From NCBI GenBank assembly GCA_903831595.1, contig CAIKXY010000013.1, positions 6,793-70,792 on the forward strand: 64,000 nucleotides of DNA. The letters are read 5' to 3'. Source of the DNA: an uncultured bacterium (GTDB lineage Bacteria; Patescibacteriota; Minisyncoccia; Phycocordibacterales; GWA1-40-21). The notes beneath the pieces are model-generated. The model was given only the letters and a program-made list of their open reading frames with translations. It was not told the origin of the DNA and ran no database searches. Below are positions 54,419-64,000 of this stretch, in pieces. The position numbers were made by a program, and so were the translations under genes. Position 1 is the stretch's first letter; every line of letters starts with the position of its first letter.

Positions 54419-56869
54419 ATGAGTAAAGAAAAAGAAATAAGCGGAGAACATAAAGCGCTTTCAAATAGAAATATAGTAACAGAGATGAAAGAATCTTATT
54501 TGGATTATGCTATGTCTGTTATTACACAGAGAGCTCTCCCTGATGTACGCGACGGTTTGAAGCCAGTTCACAGAAGAATTCTTTTTGCTATGGGTCAGAT
54601 GGGAATCACTGCTGGTTCAAAAACTAGAAAGTCTGCATCAGTAGTAGGAGAAGTTATGGGAAATTATCACCCACACGGAGATGCGGCGATTTATGAATCT
54701 ATGGTGAAGCTTGCACAAGATTTTGCTACCAGATATCCACTTATAATTGGACAGGGAAACTTTGGAAACATTGATGGAGATTCTGCTGCTGCTATGAGGT
54801 ACACTGAGGCAAAAATGTCTAAAATTTCTGGTGAAATGTTGAAAGACCTTGAAAAAGATACCGTTGAATGGAGACCAAACTATGACAATACAAAAAAGGA
54901 GCCCGCAGTTCTTCCAGCTGCTGTTCCAAACCTTCTATTAAATGGAACGCTTGGTATTGCTGTTGGTATGGCGACAAATATTCCACCTCACAATCTTACA
55001 GAAGTTGTGGATGCGACTTTGCATTTAGCTGACAATCCAGACGCATCAACAGAAGATTTATTACAATTTATAAAAGGACCAGATTTTCCAACTGGTGGAA
55101 CAATTTTTAATCAAACAGATATTAATCACGCTTATGCTACTGGCCGAGGTGGAGTTGTCACACGAGGACATGCAGAAATAGTTGAAGACAAAAAAGGCAC
55201 ATTCCAAATTATTATTACTTCTATTCCTTATAGAGTAAATAAAGCTGAGCTTATTATTTCTATTGCAAACCTTGTTCGCGATAAAAAAATTGAAGGTATA
55301 AAAGGTTTGCGAGATGAGTCAGCAAAAGATATTCGTATTGCAATTGATTTGAAAAATGGAGCTCAGCCACAAAGTGTTTTGAATTATTTATATAAACATA
55401 GCCAGCTTGAAGAAACATTTCACTTCAATCTTGTCGCGCTTGTAAACGGAGTTCCAAAAACTCTTTCACTAAAAACATTTTTGGATGAATTTATTGAACA
55501 CAGAAAAATTGTTATAAAAAGAAGAACAGAATTTGATTTGAAAAAAGCCGAAGCACGTGAGCATATTTTGCTTGGCTTGAAAAAAGCGCTTGATCACATC
55601 GATGAAATAATAAAAATAATTAAGAAATCAAAAGACGTTGATGATGCACGAGCTCAGCTCATGAAGTCATTTAAGTTTTCTGAAATTCAAGCAAATGCGA
55701 TTCTTGAAATGAAATTACAAAAGCTTGCCGGACTCGAAAGAAAGAAAATTGAAGATGAATTGAAAGCTGTTCAAGAATTGATAAAAGATTTGAAAGATAT
55801 CCTTTCAAAAACAAAGAGAATTTTGCAAATCATAAAAGATGAGCTTGTTGAAATTAAAACAAAATATGGTGATGATAGAAGAACCAGAATTGTTAAAGGT
55901 GGAATAAAATCATTTTCTGAAGAGGATTTGATTCCAGATGCACCAAGTATGCTTGTTCTTACTGCTGGTGGCTATGTAAAGCGAACAAATCCAGACGAAT
56001 ACAGAAAACAAAAAAGAGGTGGCGTTGGTGTAGTAGACCTTGATACAAAAGATGAAGATTTTATTACCCATTTCCTTACTGCAACAACACACAACGATAT
56101 TTTATTCTTTACTGATAAAGGAAAAGCTTACCAATTAAAAATGTATGAATTACCAGAAGGAAAGAGGGCAACAAAAGGAAAGGCAATAGTAAATTATCTT
56201 GCAATTTCAAGCGAAGAAAAAATTACCTCTGTTCTTGCAATGCCGAAAGAATTAAAAAATCTCAAACTCTCACTTATTTTGGTAACAAAAAATGGAACAA
56301 CAAAAAGAGTGGATGCAGATGCGTTTAAAGATGTCAGAAGAAATGGTTTGATTGCTATAACTCTTGATAGTGGAGATGAACTTCGTTCAGCTTTGTTTAT
56401 GTCAGAAGGCGACCAAGTTATACTTGCGACAAAAGAAGGACAAGCAATCAGATTTAAAGATAAAGATGTGAGAGTTATGGGCAGAAATGCAAGCGGCGTA
56501 CGTGGAATGAAGCTTGATAAAGGTGATTCTATTGTTGGTGCTGATGTCGTAAAGAAAGAAATGAAGAATCCAGAATTACTTGTCATCAGTTCTCACGGTT
56601 ATGGAAAGAAAACTCCACTAGATGAATATAAGGTTCAAGGGAGAGGAGGTTCTGGAATTATCACAATGAAAGTTACAGATAAGACTGGGCAAATAATTTC
56701 ATCAAAAGTTGTCACGGATGAAGAAGATGAAATTGCAGCAATTTCAAAAAAGAGCCAGGTTATAAGAGTTGAGGTAAAAGAAATTCCAAGTTTGGGAAGA
56801 CAAACACAAGGCGTAAGAATTATGAAACTTAGAGAGGGAGATTCGATTGCTTCAGTGACGTGCATTTAA
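54419..56869 (+). CDS. gyrA: DNA gyrase subunit A
   Basis: YAMSVITQRALPDVRDGLKPVHRRILFAM, an active-site Tyr region, and six C-terminal beta-pinwheel repeats. 816 aa. Confidence 0.9.
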   Translation: MSKEKEISGEHKALSNRNIVTEMKESYLDYAMSVITQRALPDVRDGLKPVHRRILFAMGQMGITAGSKTRKSASVVGEVMGNYHPHGDAAIYESMVKLAQDFATRYPLIIGQGNFGNIDGDSAAAMRYTEAKMSKISGEMLKDLEKDTVEWRPNYDNTKKEPAVLPAAVPNLLLNGTLGIAVGMATNIPPHNLTEVVDATLHLADNPDASTEDLLQFIKGPDFPTGGTIFNQTDINHAYATGRGGVVTRGHAEIVEDKKGTFQIIITSIPYRVNKAELIISIANLVRDKKIEGIKGLRDESAKDIRIAIDLKNGAQPQSVLNYLYKHSQLEETFHFNLVALVNGVPKTLSLKTFLDEFIEHRKIVIKRRTEFDLKKAEAREHILLGLKKALDHIDEIIKIIKKSKDVDDARAQLMKSFKFSEIQANAILEMKLQKLAGLERKKIEDELKAVQELIKDLKDILSKTKRILQIIKDELVEIKTKYGDDRRTRIVKGGIKSFSEEDLIPDAPSMLVLTAGGYVKRTNPDEYRKQKRGGVGVVDLDTKDEDFITHFLTATTHNDILFFTDKGKAYQLKMYELPEGKRATKGKAIVNYLAISSEEKITSVLAMPKELKNLKLSLILVTKNGTTKRVDADAFKDVRRNGLIAITLDSGDELRSALFMSEGDQVILATKEGQAIRFKDKDVRVMGRNASGVRGMKLDKGDSIVGADVVKKEMKNPELLVISSHGYGKKTPLDEYKVQGRGGSGIITMKVTDKTGQIISSKVVTDEEDEIAAISKKSQVIRVEVKEIPSLGRQTQGVRIMKLREGDSIASVTCI

Positions 56870-56875
56870 AGTAGT

Positions 56876-56930
56876 TAATAGGTTAATAAAATAAAATACA
56901 GGGAGGCCGCTTCGCGGCCGCCCTGTATTT
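56876..56930 (+). terminator. Intrinsic terminator (acagggaggccgcttcgcggccgccctgt + T-run)
   Basis: Long GC hairpin after gyrA. Confidence 0.75.
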
Positions 56931-57007
56931 TTGTTTGACATAGCAATTTGCATGTGTTAATTTAAAAAAGGGAGTACGAAATTATTTATTGTCCAAAGGA
57001 GGACATT

Positions 57008-57301
57008 ATGATAGGCAGCAAAAAAGAAATGAACAAGTTTTTTCTTTTTAAGTTGGCAAAGGTAAGGAGGAAATTTTTTAACTTACGTGCGCACTTAAAA
57101 AAGAGCGTTTCCGATTCAGTTTTAAGAAGAACTTTAATTAAAGAAACAAAGGAAATTGAAAGCAACATGCAGGATTTGGTTGAAAAGCAAAAAAAGGATT
57201 TTAAGACCATGTTTTGTGATATGGAGACCCAAGCAAAAATAAAAGAACAGTGCATACGTGCGAAGATTTTAGCTGAAATAGCTGAAAGACAGAATAAGTA
57301 A
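57008..57301 (+). CDS. Hypothetical basic/coiled-coil protein (97 aa)
   Basis: ORF followed by a terminator hairpin gggcggtcagcgatgaccgcc at 57306-57330. Confidence 0.35.
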   Translation: MIGSKKEMNKFFLFKLAKVRRKFFNLRAHLKKSVSDSVLRRTLIKETKEIESNMQDLVEKQKKDFKTMFCDMETQAKIKEQCIRAKILAEIAERQNK

Positions 57302-57388
57302 ATTAAGGGCGGTCAGCGATGACCGCCTTTTCTATATTTATCCACTAGCAAGATTTCTATTGTGGGGTTATAATATAGACATAAAAAA

Positions 57389-57916
57389 ATGTTTTCAGAC
57401 CCGCAAAAAAATATTGAACAATTTGGTTTAGGAAAAGGTAATTATGTCGCCGATTTTGGTACGGGCTCTGGTTTTTATGCATTTGCTGCCGCTGAGATAA
57501 TTGGTGTTTCTGGAAAAGTGTACGCTGTAGATGTACAAAAAGACTTGTTAGCCAGGATAAAAAGTGAAGCTATTAATGTTAGACATTTAAATAATATTGA
57601 GATTATTTGGGCTGACTTAGAACATGTAGGAGGTACAAAACTCCGAGAAAATTCAATGGATGCAGTCATTGTAGCAAACACTTTTTTCCAATTAGAAAAT
57701 AAGGATAATGCATGTCGGGAAGTTAAAAGAATCTTAAAACCAAATGGTAGAGTGCTTTTTGTTGATTGGTCTAGTTCTTTTGGTGGCATTGGTCCTCAGC
57801 CGGAACATGTTTTTTCAGAGAATCAAGCTAAAGATCTTTTTAATAAACACGGCCTTGTAATAGACAGATTAATTAGTGCGGGGGCTCAGCACTATGGTAT
57901 AATTTTTAGAAAATAA
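57389..57916 (+). CDS. Class I SAM-dependent methyltransferase
   Basis: Motif I VADFGTGSGFYAFAAA, motif II VDVQKD, and LKPNGRVLFVDW. Confidence 0.6.
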   Translation: MFSDPQKNIEQFGLGKGNYVADFGTGSGFYAFAAAEIIGVSGKVYAVDVQKDLLARIKSEAINVRHLNNIEIIWADLEHVGGTKLRENSMDAVIVANTFFQLENKDNACREVKRILKPNGRVLFVDWSSSFGGIGPQPEHVFSENQAKDLFNKHGLVIDRLISAGAQHYGIIFRK

Positions 57917-57918
57917 TA

Positions 57919-59220
57919 ATGAATCCAACATCAAGCAAATTTAAATTAATCCTTATGATTGTTTTCGGTTTTTTTATTGTTTTTGGTATGATAGCTTTTT
58001 CAAGTTACAAAGCCACCAAACAGGTAAACACAACAACAGAAATTAAGGTGTGGGGTACGATTGATAAGACGGTTTTTGACTCTTTTATAAAAAAATATCA
58101 GGAAGATAACAGTATTAAATTTAATTTGACATATACTTATAAAAGTATAGATACAATTGATAATTTACTTGTCGAGGCTATTGCTACTGGAAATGGTCCA
58201 GATGCTATTTTAGTTCCGCAATCTTTAGAAAAAAGGTATTTGGATAAGGTTTTGTTAATTCCATTTTCAAACATCTCAGAAAGAACTTTTCGTGACACTT
58301 TTGTACAAGAATCAGACATCTATGTTTACCCAAATGGCATTTTTGCACTCCCCCTATTTGTTGATCCAATGTTGATGTATTGGAATAAAGATATGTTTGC
58401 GACAGCTGGTATAGCATTACCGCCAACAAAATGGAGTGAATTTCCACAATTAGCAAGTAAATTATCGCAGAGTGATAGTAATGCAAATATAATTTCAAGT
58501 GCTGCCTCCCTAGGTGAATATAGAAACGTTGATAATGCAAAAGCTCTACTTAGTACACTAATATTGCAGGCCGGTAGCCCAATAGTTTCGTTTACCAATA
58601 ACTCATTTAATGCAGAATTAAAATTCCAATCATCCAATGACGTTTTAGTACCCACAGTTTCAGCTTTGCAATTTTTTACTGATTATTCTAACCCCAAAAA
58701 ATCAATATATTCATGGAATAGATCCTTACCTTCATCGAAACAGTCATTTATAAGTGAAAATCTTGCTACCTTTTTTGGTTTTGCTTCAGAATATCAAGAC
58801 ATAAAAGATAAAAACCCAAATTTAAACTTTGATGTTGCAATTATGCCGCAGGCATTGGGACAAAAAACAAGTACAACATTTGGAAATATTTATGGTTTCT
58901 CTATATTAAAAAGCTCAAAAAACCCTACACTTACATTCAGTTTATTATCCTCCATTACAGATTCTTCAGCAGCGTCAGTTTTTCTTGGTATGACAAACTA
59001 TGCTCCAGCTAGAAAAGATCTTATCTCTATTGGTTCAACTGACCCAATTAAAACAATATTTTATAATTCGGCATTAATATCAAAAGCTTGGATAGATCCA
59101 GATTCAAAAAAAACAGATAAAATATTTCAAGACATGGTTGAAAATATCACTACGGGGCAATTAGATGTATCTGGTTCAGTGTCGAAGGCGAATGGAGAAT
59201 TAGATGTTTTATTGTTATAA
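57919..59220 (+). CDS. Extracellular solute-binding protein (ABC-type, family 1-like), N-terminally membrane-anchored
   Basis: 433 aa with an N-terminal TM and a periplasmic-binding-protein-like fold composition (WGTIDKTVFDSFIKKYQ...). Confidence 0.5.
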   Translation: MNPTSSKFKLILMIVFGFFIVFGMIAFSSYKATKQVNTTTEIKVWGTIDKTVFDSFIKKYQEDNSIKFNLTYTYKSIDTIDNLLVEAIATGNGPDAILVPQSLEKRYLDKVLLIPFSNISERTFRDTFVQESDIYVYPNGIFALPLFVDPMLMYWNKDMFATAGIALPPTKWSEFPQLASKLSQSDSNANIISSAASLGEYRNVDNAKALLSTLILQAGSPIVSFTNNSFNAELKFQSSNDVLVPTVSALQFFTDYSNPKKSIYSWNRSLPSSKQSFISENLATFFGFASEYQDIKDKNPNLNFDVAIMPQALGQKTSTTFGNIYGFSILKSSKNPTLTFSLLSSITDSSAASVFLGMTNYAPARKDLISIGSTDPIKTIFYNSALISKAWIDPDSKKTDKIFQDMVENITTGQLDVSGSVSKANGELDVLLL

Positions 59221-59242
59221 TATTGTATGTTAACATTAAAAA

Positions 59243-59707
59243 ATGAAATATAAAAAAATTATAATATCTTGTTTATTGTTATTAACGTTTTTACCATCAT
59301 TCGTCATTGCTGCTGGTTTAATTCCTTGTGGAAATGTTACTGTTGAAGGTGGAAAAGTGAGCAACGACCAAAACACTGATGCACACATGTGTACATTTGC
59401 TGATGTTATGACTTTTGTGAATAAGACGATAACATGGTTTATTGATGCTTCAGTATTTATTGCTGCTATTACATTTACTGTAGCTGGAGTAAAAATATTA
59501 TTTAATCCTTCTAGTCCAGAAAAAATTAAGGAAGGATGGAGTATGTTCAGGAAAACTGTAATTGGTTTGCTTATCGTTCTAGGTGCGTGGTTGGTGATTC
59601 ATACGCTTATCATAACTTTTGTAGACCAACCTGAAAATCCCGGTGGTGCGCTACAATTTTTTACAAAAACAAATCAAACAACAAATACAGATTCGACACA
59701 ACAATAA
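59243..59707 (+). CDS. Small secreted/membrane protein, member 1 of a tandem paralogous family (signal peptide, Cys pair, C-terminal TM)
   Basis: The signal peptide ends at VIAAG. Two Cys (CGNVTVEGG...AHMCTF). The C-terminal motif KEGWSMFRKTVIGLLIVLGAWLV is shared with the next four ORFs. Confidence 0.5.
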   Translation: MKYKKIIISCLLLLTFLPSFVIAAGLIPCGNVTVEGGKVSNDQNTDAHMCTFADVMTFVNKTITWFIDASVFIAAITFTVAGVKILFNPSSPEKIKEGWSMFRKTVIGLLIVLGAWLVIHTLIITFVDQPENPGGALQFFTKTNQTTNTDSTQQ

Positions 59708-59731
59708 TTTATTAATAATTTTTATAAAACA

Positions 59732-60088
59732 ATGAAAGCAAACATAATTAAAATATCGGCAACAGTTTCAGTGGCATGTTTGGTATTACTTCCATTGATT
59801 GTCTTTGCTGAGACAGCACAGACAATCAATAATCCTTTAGGTAATCAATACAATACCTTGTCGGCTTTTATACCGTACATATTAAGTTATGTTGTTAAAA
59901 TTGCTGGAGTTATTGCCATAGGTGCATTTATGTACTCCGGTTTTCTTTTTGTTAAATCACGAGGTAATCCAGAGGGAATTAAGACAGCAAAAACTGTTTT
60001 TATGAATACATGTATAGGGGTTGCTGTTCTTCTAGGTGCTCAATTAATTGCAAATATTATTCATGGGACAATAACTGGTTTAAAATAA
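59732..60088 (+). CDS. Small secreted/membrane protein, family member 2
   Basis: Signal peptide (VFAETAQ), a central TM, and the C-terminal motif KTAKTVFMNTCIGVAVLLGAQLIANI. Confidence 0.5.
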   Translation: MKANIIKISATVSVACLVLLPLIVFAETAQTINNPLGNQYNTLSAFIPYILSYVVKIAGVIAIGAFMYSGFLFVKSRGNPEGIKTAKTVFMNTCIGVAVLLGAQLIANIIHGTITGLK

Positions 60089-60091
60089 TTT

Positions 60092-60553
60092 ATGAAAAAA
60101 ATATTAAAAATTTCTTTTATATCATTATTTTTATTCATGACTATATATGGCATTGGATTTGCAATAGGTACTATTGAGGAGCCAAATGCAAATCTTAATC
60201 CATCTGGTTCGGTCCCCGTAGAGCAAACATTACATCAGGTTGTTTGTAATAATATTAGTTTTGTTAAGAGTTTCAGTGATCTTGCTTACACCGTTGTATA
60301 TTGTTTCTTTAATACGGCCGTTGAGATTATTTTAGCCTTATCTGTTGTGGTTTTTCTTTGGGGTATTTTTAGGTTTTTGTCTTCTGAAGAAAAAAAGGAG
60401 GAAGGTAAACAATTTATGTTTTGGAGTATTATTGGTATTTTTGTAATGGTGTCTCTTTGGGGCTTGGTTAGCATACTTAAGAGTACTATTGCAGTAAACT
60501 ATGATACATTGAATAACATTCCCGCAATTAAAGTGCCTGATATATTTAAATAA
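60092..60553 (+). CDS. Small secreted/membrane protein, family member 3
   Basis: Motif EEGKQFMFWSIIGIFVMVSLWGLVSIL. Confidence 0.5.
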   Translation: MKKILKISFISLFLFMTIYGIGFAIGTIEEPNANLNPSGSVPVEQTLHQVVCNNISFVKSFSDLAYTVVYCFFNTAVEIILALSVVVFLWGIFRFLSSEEKKEEGKQFMFWSIIGIFVMVSLWGLVSILKSTIAVNYDTLNNIPAIKVPDIFK

Positions 60554-60686
60554 CTAATAATATATTAATACTCATTGCATATGTTGATTGTGAGCTTGCT
60601 TGTTCATTAATATGGTTATATAATTGTATATGTAATTTTTATTGGTCGTTTCTAGTTTGATTATTAATTTATTAATATAATAATAT

Positions 60687-61058
60687 ATGAAAAGAAAAAT
60701 TTTAGCTTTTGTTGTAGCAGGTTTGGTACCATCAGTGTCATTTGCAGCTGTAGCCATTACAACTTCAGTAAGCGGTGGTGTTTATGGTTTGTTAAAGTGG
60801 TTTGGTGATATGCTTAGTTTGGTTGTTCCGCTAATTATTTCTTTAGCGGTTGTTTATTTTATTTGGCAAGTATTTCGATATGCTATTGCGGGTAATGAAG
60901 AGGACAAAGCAAAAGCAAAAACACACATGATATGGGGTATTGTAGGAATCTTCGTAATGGTTTCTGTCTGGGGATTGGTAGGAATACTCACAAGCACTTT
61001 TGGTACTGCCGGTCAAAGTGCAATGACTGGACCATCAATAAATGTTATAGGACAATAA
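60687..61058 (+). CDS. Small secreted/membrane protein, family member 4
   Basis: The signal peptide ends at SFAAV. Motif KAKTHMIWGIVGIFVMVSVWGLVGIL. Confidence 0.5.
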   Translation: MKRKILAFVVAGLVPSVSFAAVAITTSVSGGVYGLLKWFGDMLSLVVPLIISLAVVYFIWQVFRYAIAGNEEDKAKAKTHMIWGIVGIFVMVSVWGLVGILTSTFGTAGQSAMTGPSINVIGQ

Positions 61059-61064
61059 TATAAA

Positions 61065-61352
61065 ATGGATTTTTTTGTTCAAACAGTTTACGCTGCAGAT
61101 TTTCAAAGTAGTTCATTTGATTCACTATTTGGGAAGATCATAAACAATATTGTTAACCCAGGGATAACATTATTATTGGGTTTAGCAGTTGTATTTTTTG
61201 TTTGGGGATTGTTTGAATTTATTTCAAATTCTGCGCAATCAGAAAAGAGAGATCAAGGGTACCAACATATGTTGTGGGGAGTAATAGGAGTCTTTATTAT
61301 GTTAGCAGCAAAAGGGATAATAAATATTATTTTGGCTACCGTTGGAGCATAG
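61065..61352 (+). CDS. Small secreted/membrane protein, family member 5
   Basis: Motif RDQGYQHMLWGVIGVFIMLAAKGIINI. Followed by a hairpin/T-run at 61376-61400. Confidence 0.5.
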   Translation: MDFFVQTVYAADFQSSSFDSLFGKIINNIVNPGITLLLGLAVVFFVWGLFEFISNSAQSEKRDQGYQHMLWGVIGVFIMLAAKGIINIILATVGA

Positions 61353-61454
61353 AAAAATTTAATCTTAATTAATAAAAAACACCTATTTATAATAGGTGTT
61401 TTTTATTTTTTTATATCAGTTTGCTTAATAGTAAATTGTATTGTACAATTGCTT

Positions 61455-61795
61455 TTGCCTTTATATTGGATAACCGCTTTAGCTGTAAAGTTGGAGAGGA
61501 AAGTCCGAACACTACCTCGATGTTAAAGTTGAGGAGAAGGGTAGCGGGTAACACCCGTCCATAGCAATATGAGAGGTGCGAACAGTGACGCCGATGCCGA
61601 AAGGCTAGGATTCCTTCGGGAATAATCTCATTGAAAAGTGAGGGTGCAACGGCAAAATTCCTTACCTTAGTGCAAGGCCGTGCCTACCTCGTGTAGGAGC
61701 GCCGCTTGAGCCAATCAGTAATGTTTGGCCCAGATAGATGGTTATCTCGTTGTAGTAATACAGCGAACAGAATTCGGCTTATAGGTATAGAGGTT
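61455..61795 (+). ncRNA. rnpB: RNase P RNA (bacterial type A)
   Basis: Universally conserved P4 strands ggagaggaaagtccgaacac and acagaattcggcttata, plus a P15-like ggtaacacc and internal conserved loops. The 5' and 3' ends are approximate. A terminator follows at 61800-61835. Confidence 0.8.
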
Positions 61796-61799
61796 ATGG

Positions 61800-61835
61800 A
61801 GGGGGCGCACCGAAAGGTGCGCCCCTTTCTCTTAT
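61800..61835 (+). terminator. Intrinsic terminator (gggggcgcaccgaaaggtgcgcccc + T-run)
   Basis: Perfect hairpin after rnpB. Confidence 0.7.
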
Positions 61836-61887
61836 AAATTTTTTGAAAATAATTCGAAAACCTGTATAATGAATCAAATATAAAAAA

Positions 61888-63564
61888 ATGGTCAAAAGAT
61901 TTTTTAGTGTAATTAACAAAGAAGTTAGTGGTTTGCATCAAGCAGCATATCTTTTGGCTTTTTTTGCGATATCATCTCAATTACTTGCCCTTGTGAGAGA
62001 CAGACTTTTAGCATCACATTTTGGGGCAGGCCACACTCTCGATCTTTATTATGCAGCTTTTAGAATTCCTGATTTTATTTTTATTACAGTTGGTTCTATG
62101 GTTTCTGTTTCAGTACTTATTCCGTTTCTTGTTGAAAAAATGAAAGCTGGTGCGGAAGAGGGAAGAAGATTTATTGGTAATATTTTTACTTTTTTCTTTT
62201 TATTAATTATTGTAATAAGTATAATTGCATTTTTCTTTATTCCAACAATAAATAAATTACTTTTTACAGGCTTCAGTACTGCAGATTTGAGTATTGTAAA
62301 CAACATGACAAGAATTTTGCTTTTGTCACCTATTTTTCTTGGTATTTCAAACATTTTTGGTACTCTAACTCAAACATACAAACGCTTTTTAATCTATTCT
62401 TTAAGCCCTATTTTATACAATCTAGGCATTATTTTAGGCATCATTTTACTTTACCCAATGTTTGGCCTAGTTGGCTTGGTCTTGGGGGTTGTGGTAGGAG
62501 CATTTTTACATTTCGCAATCCAGATCCCATTTATAGTTGAGAATAATTTTTTTCCAAAACCAAAATTAAATTTTGATTTTGCCGAAATTAGAAAAGTTTT
62601 GCTCGTTTCTATTCCAAGAACTTTTACTTTGGGTTCAGATAATATTTCTGTAATCTTTTTACTTTCTTTTGCTTCATCAATGGTTGCAGGCTCTATTGCA
62701 GTTTTTAATCTTTCATACAATATGCAGTCTGTTTTGCTCTCTGTTATCGGCGTCAGCTATTCTCTCGCTGCGTTTCCCATACTTGTGAGATTTTTTGCCG
62801 ATGGGGAAAGAGGTAAATTTTTAGATCAAATTATTCTTTCAGCACAGCATATTATTTTCTGGTCGCTACCATGTGTGATTTTGTTTATTACACTTCGAGC
62901 GCAAATTGTCAGAACGATTTTAGGCGCGGGAGTTTTTAATTGGACACAAACCCGTCTTACTGCTGCAGCGCTCGCTGTTTTTGTTATTTCAGTGATTTTT
63001 CAAAACCTTACTCTTTTGTTTGTCAGGGCATATTATGCGACTGGAAACACAAAAAAACCATTTATAGCCAAATTTATTAACGCCACTTCGACAGTAGCAC
63101 TTGGTTTTGGTTTTATGATTTTGTATAAAGTCTATCCACCATTTAAGGATTTGCTTGAAAGTTTATTGAGAATTAAAGATGTTCCCGGAACTATTATTTT
63201 AGCTTTACCCTTAGGCTGGTCTGTTGGGGAAGTATTAAATAGTTTAGTTTTATGGTTTGTTTTTGAAAAAGATTTCAAAGGTTTTTCAAAGCCAGTATTA
63301 AAAACAGCACTTCAGGTTTTGCTATCATCAATTTCAATTGGCGTGGTAAGCTATTTTTCTTTGAATCTTTTTGCTATTATTTTTGACCTTGATACCACTA
63401 TTGGAATATTTATGCAGGGCTTTTTATCAGGGTTACTCGGTATTATGGCTGGTATAATTGTTCTAATTGTATTAAAAAACAAAGAAATTATTGATGTTCA
63501 CAATACTTTAAAGAGCAAAATATCAAAAATTAAAATATTTGCACCAACACAAACTGGTCTATAA
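61888..63564 (+). CDS. murJ: Lipid II flippase MurJ (MviN family)
   Basis: 558 aa, 14-TM MOP-superfamily layout. N-terminus AAYLLAFFAISSQLLALVRDRLLASHFGAG and conserved Arg/Asp in TM1-2. Confidence 0.8.
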   Translation: MVKRFFSVINKEVSGLHQAAYLLAFFAISSQLLALVRDRLLASHFGAGHTLDLYYAAFRIPDFIFITVGSMVSVSVLIPFLVEKMKAGAEEGRRFIGNIFTFFFLLIIVISIIAFFFIPTINKLLFTGFSTADLSIVNNMTRILLLSPIFLGISNIFGTLTQTYKRFLIYSLSPILYNLGIILGIILLYPMFGLVGLVLGVVVGAFLHFAIQIPFIVENNFFPKPKLNFDFAEIRKVLLVSIPRTFTLGSDNISVIFLLSFASSMVAGSIAVFNLSYNMQSVLLSVIGVSYSLAAFPILVRFFADGERGKFLDQIILSAQHIIFWSLPCVILFITLRAQIVRTILGAGVFNWTQTRLTAAALAVFVISVIFQNLTLLFVRAYYATGNTKKPFIAKFINATSTVALGFGFMILYKVYPPFKDLLESLLRIKDVPGTIILALPLGWSVGEVLNSLVLWFVFEKDFKGFSKPVLKTALQVLLSSISIGVVSYFSLNLFAIIFDLDTTIGIFMQGFLSGLLGIMAGIIVLIVLKNKEIIDVHNTLKSKISKIKIFAPTQTGL

Positions 63565-63622
63565 TATGGTTGCTTTTTTAGTCTTTTTGATATATACTTT
63601 TTGAACTTAAATAAATAATGCA

Positions 63623-63781
63623 ATGTCACAAGATCAATTAATCAAACTTGCTTGTAAAACCTGTAAAAGAGTAAATTACTTTACAAGAAAAAACAAAAAG
63701 AAAGTTGAGAGAAAAATAGAACTCAATAAGTTTTGTAAATGGTGCAAAAAAACTACTTTACACAAAGAACTCAAGAAATAA
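63623..63781 (+). CDS. rpmG: 50S ribosomal protein bL33 (zinc-ribbon type)
   Basis: 52-aa ORF MSQDQLIKLACKTCKRVNYFTRKNKKKVERKIELNKFCKWCKKTTLHKELKK. It has the CxxC...CxxC arrangement and the NKKN..KLEL.KFC..C.KHTLH pattern of L33. A terminator follows at 63786-63812. Confidence 0.7.
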   Translation: MSQDQLIKLACKTCKRVNYFTRKNKKKVERKIELNKFCKWCKKTTLHKELKK

Positions 63782-64000
63782 TATTAAAAACCGCCGAGGG
63801 GGCGGTTTTTTAGTGCGGGAGATGGGGATCGGTCACAAGTATTTTTCTGCTGAAAAATCTTGCGACCATTACATGGTCAGTACACCATTTTGGATATTTT
63901 ATTTTGCTGCACTCATAAAATATCTCAAAAGGTCTTTCGGTTGGGTCCCAACCCAATCCTCAACCCGACTCAGCTCGTCAGCTTCCGTCTTCCGATTCCT

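Noticed and set aside
1-64000. CRISPR arrays, rRNA genes, transposases, prophage genes
   Set aside because: No regularly spaced direct repeats with unique spacers were seen. No rRNA-like conserved stretches and no recognisable transposase, integrase, capsid or terminase motifs appear among the ORFs.

Overview
This is a low-GC (about 30-35% by eye), gene-dense bacterial chromosomal segment with a small-genome, CPR/Patescibacteria-like character. It encodes compact housekeeping genes, including RNase J, SecG, IF-2/RbfA, ClpB, LepA, ValS, TsaD, TrxB, FtsA/FtsZ, YbeY, bS21, LepB, Pth, S1, GyrA, MurJ, bL33, a class II ribonucleotide reductase with an NrdH-like redoxin, and the RNase P RNA. There are 12 intact tRNA genes plus several tRNA fragments, and many hairpin/T-run terminators. 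No rRNA, CRISPR array, integrase or transposase was recognised. The most unusual signal is non-coding. Nearly every tRNA gene is accompanied by a 150-250 nt structured module: a long near-perfect palindrome next to the tRNA, plus degenerate direct or inverted copies of the tRNA's own 3' (or 5') end. Those copies are interrupted by a conserved inserted hairpin (caagcaaag-N-agtttgcttg), and the loci share other short motifs with one another. Other points of interest are a tandem array of five paralogous small signal-peptide/two-TM proteins upstream of rnpB/murJ, a lysine- and cysteine-rich multi-zinc-ribbon repeat protein, and a trypsin-fold protein lacking the catalytic His. There is also a GC-richer two-gene islet beside tRNA-Tyr and candidate small RNAs between tsaD and valS. 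All calls come from reading the sequence and the ORF track. No database search was run.
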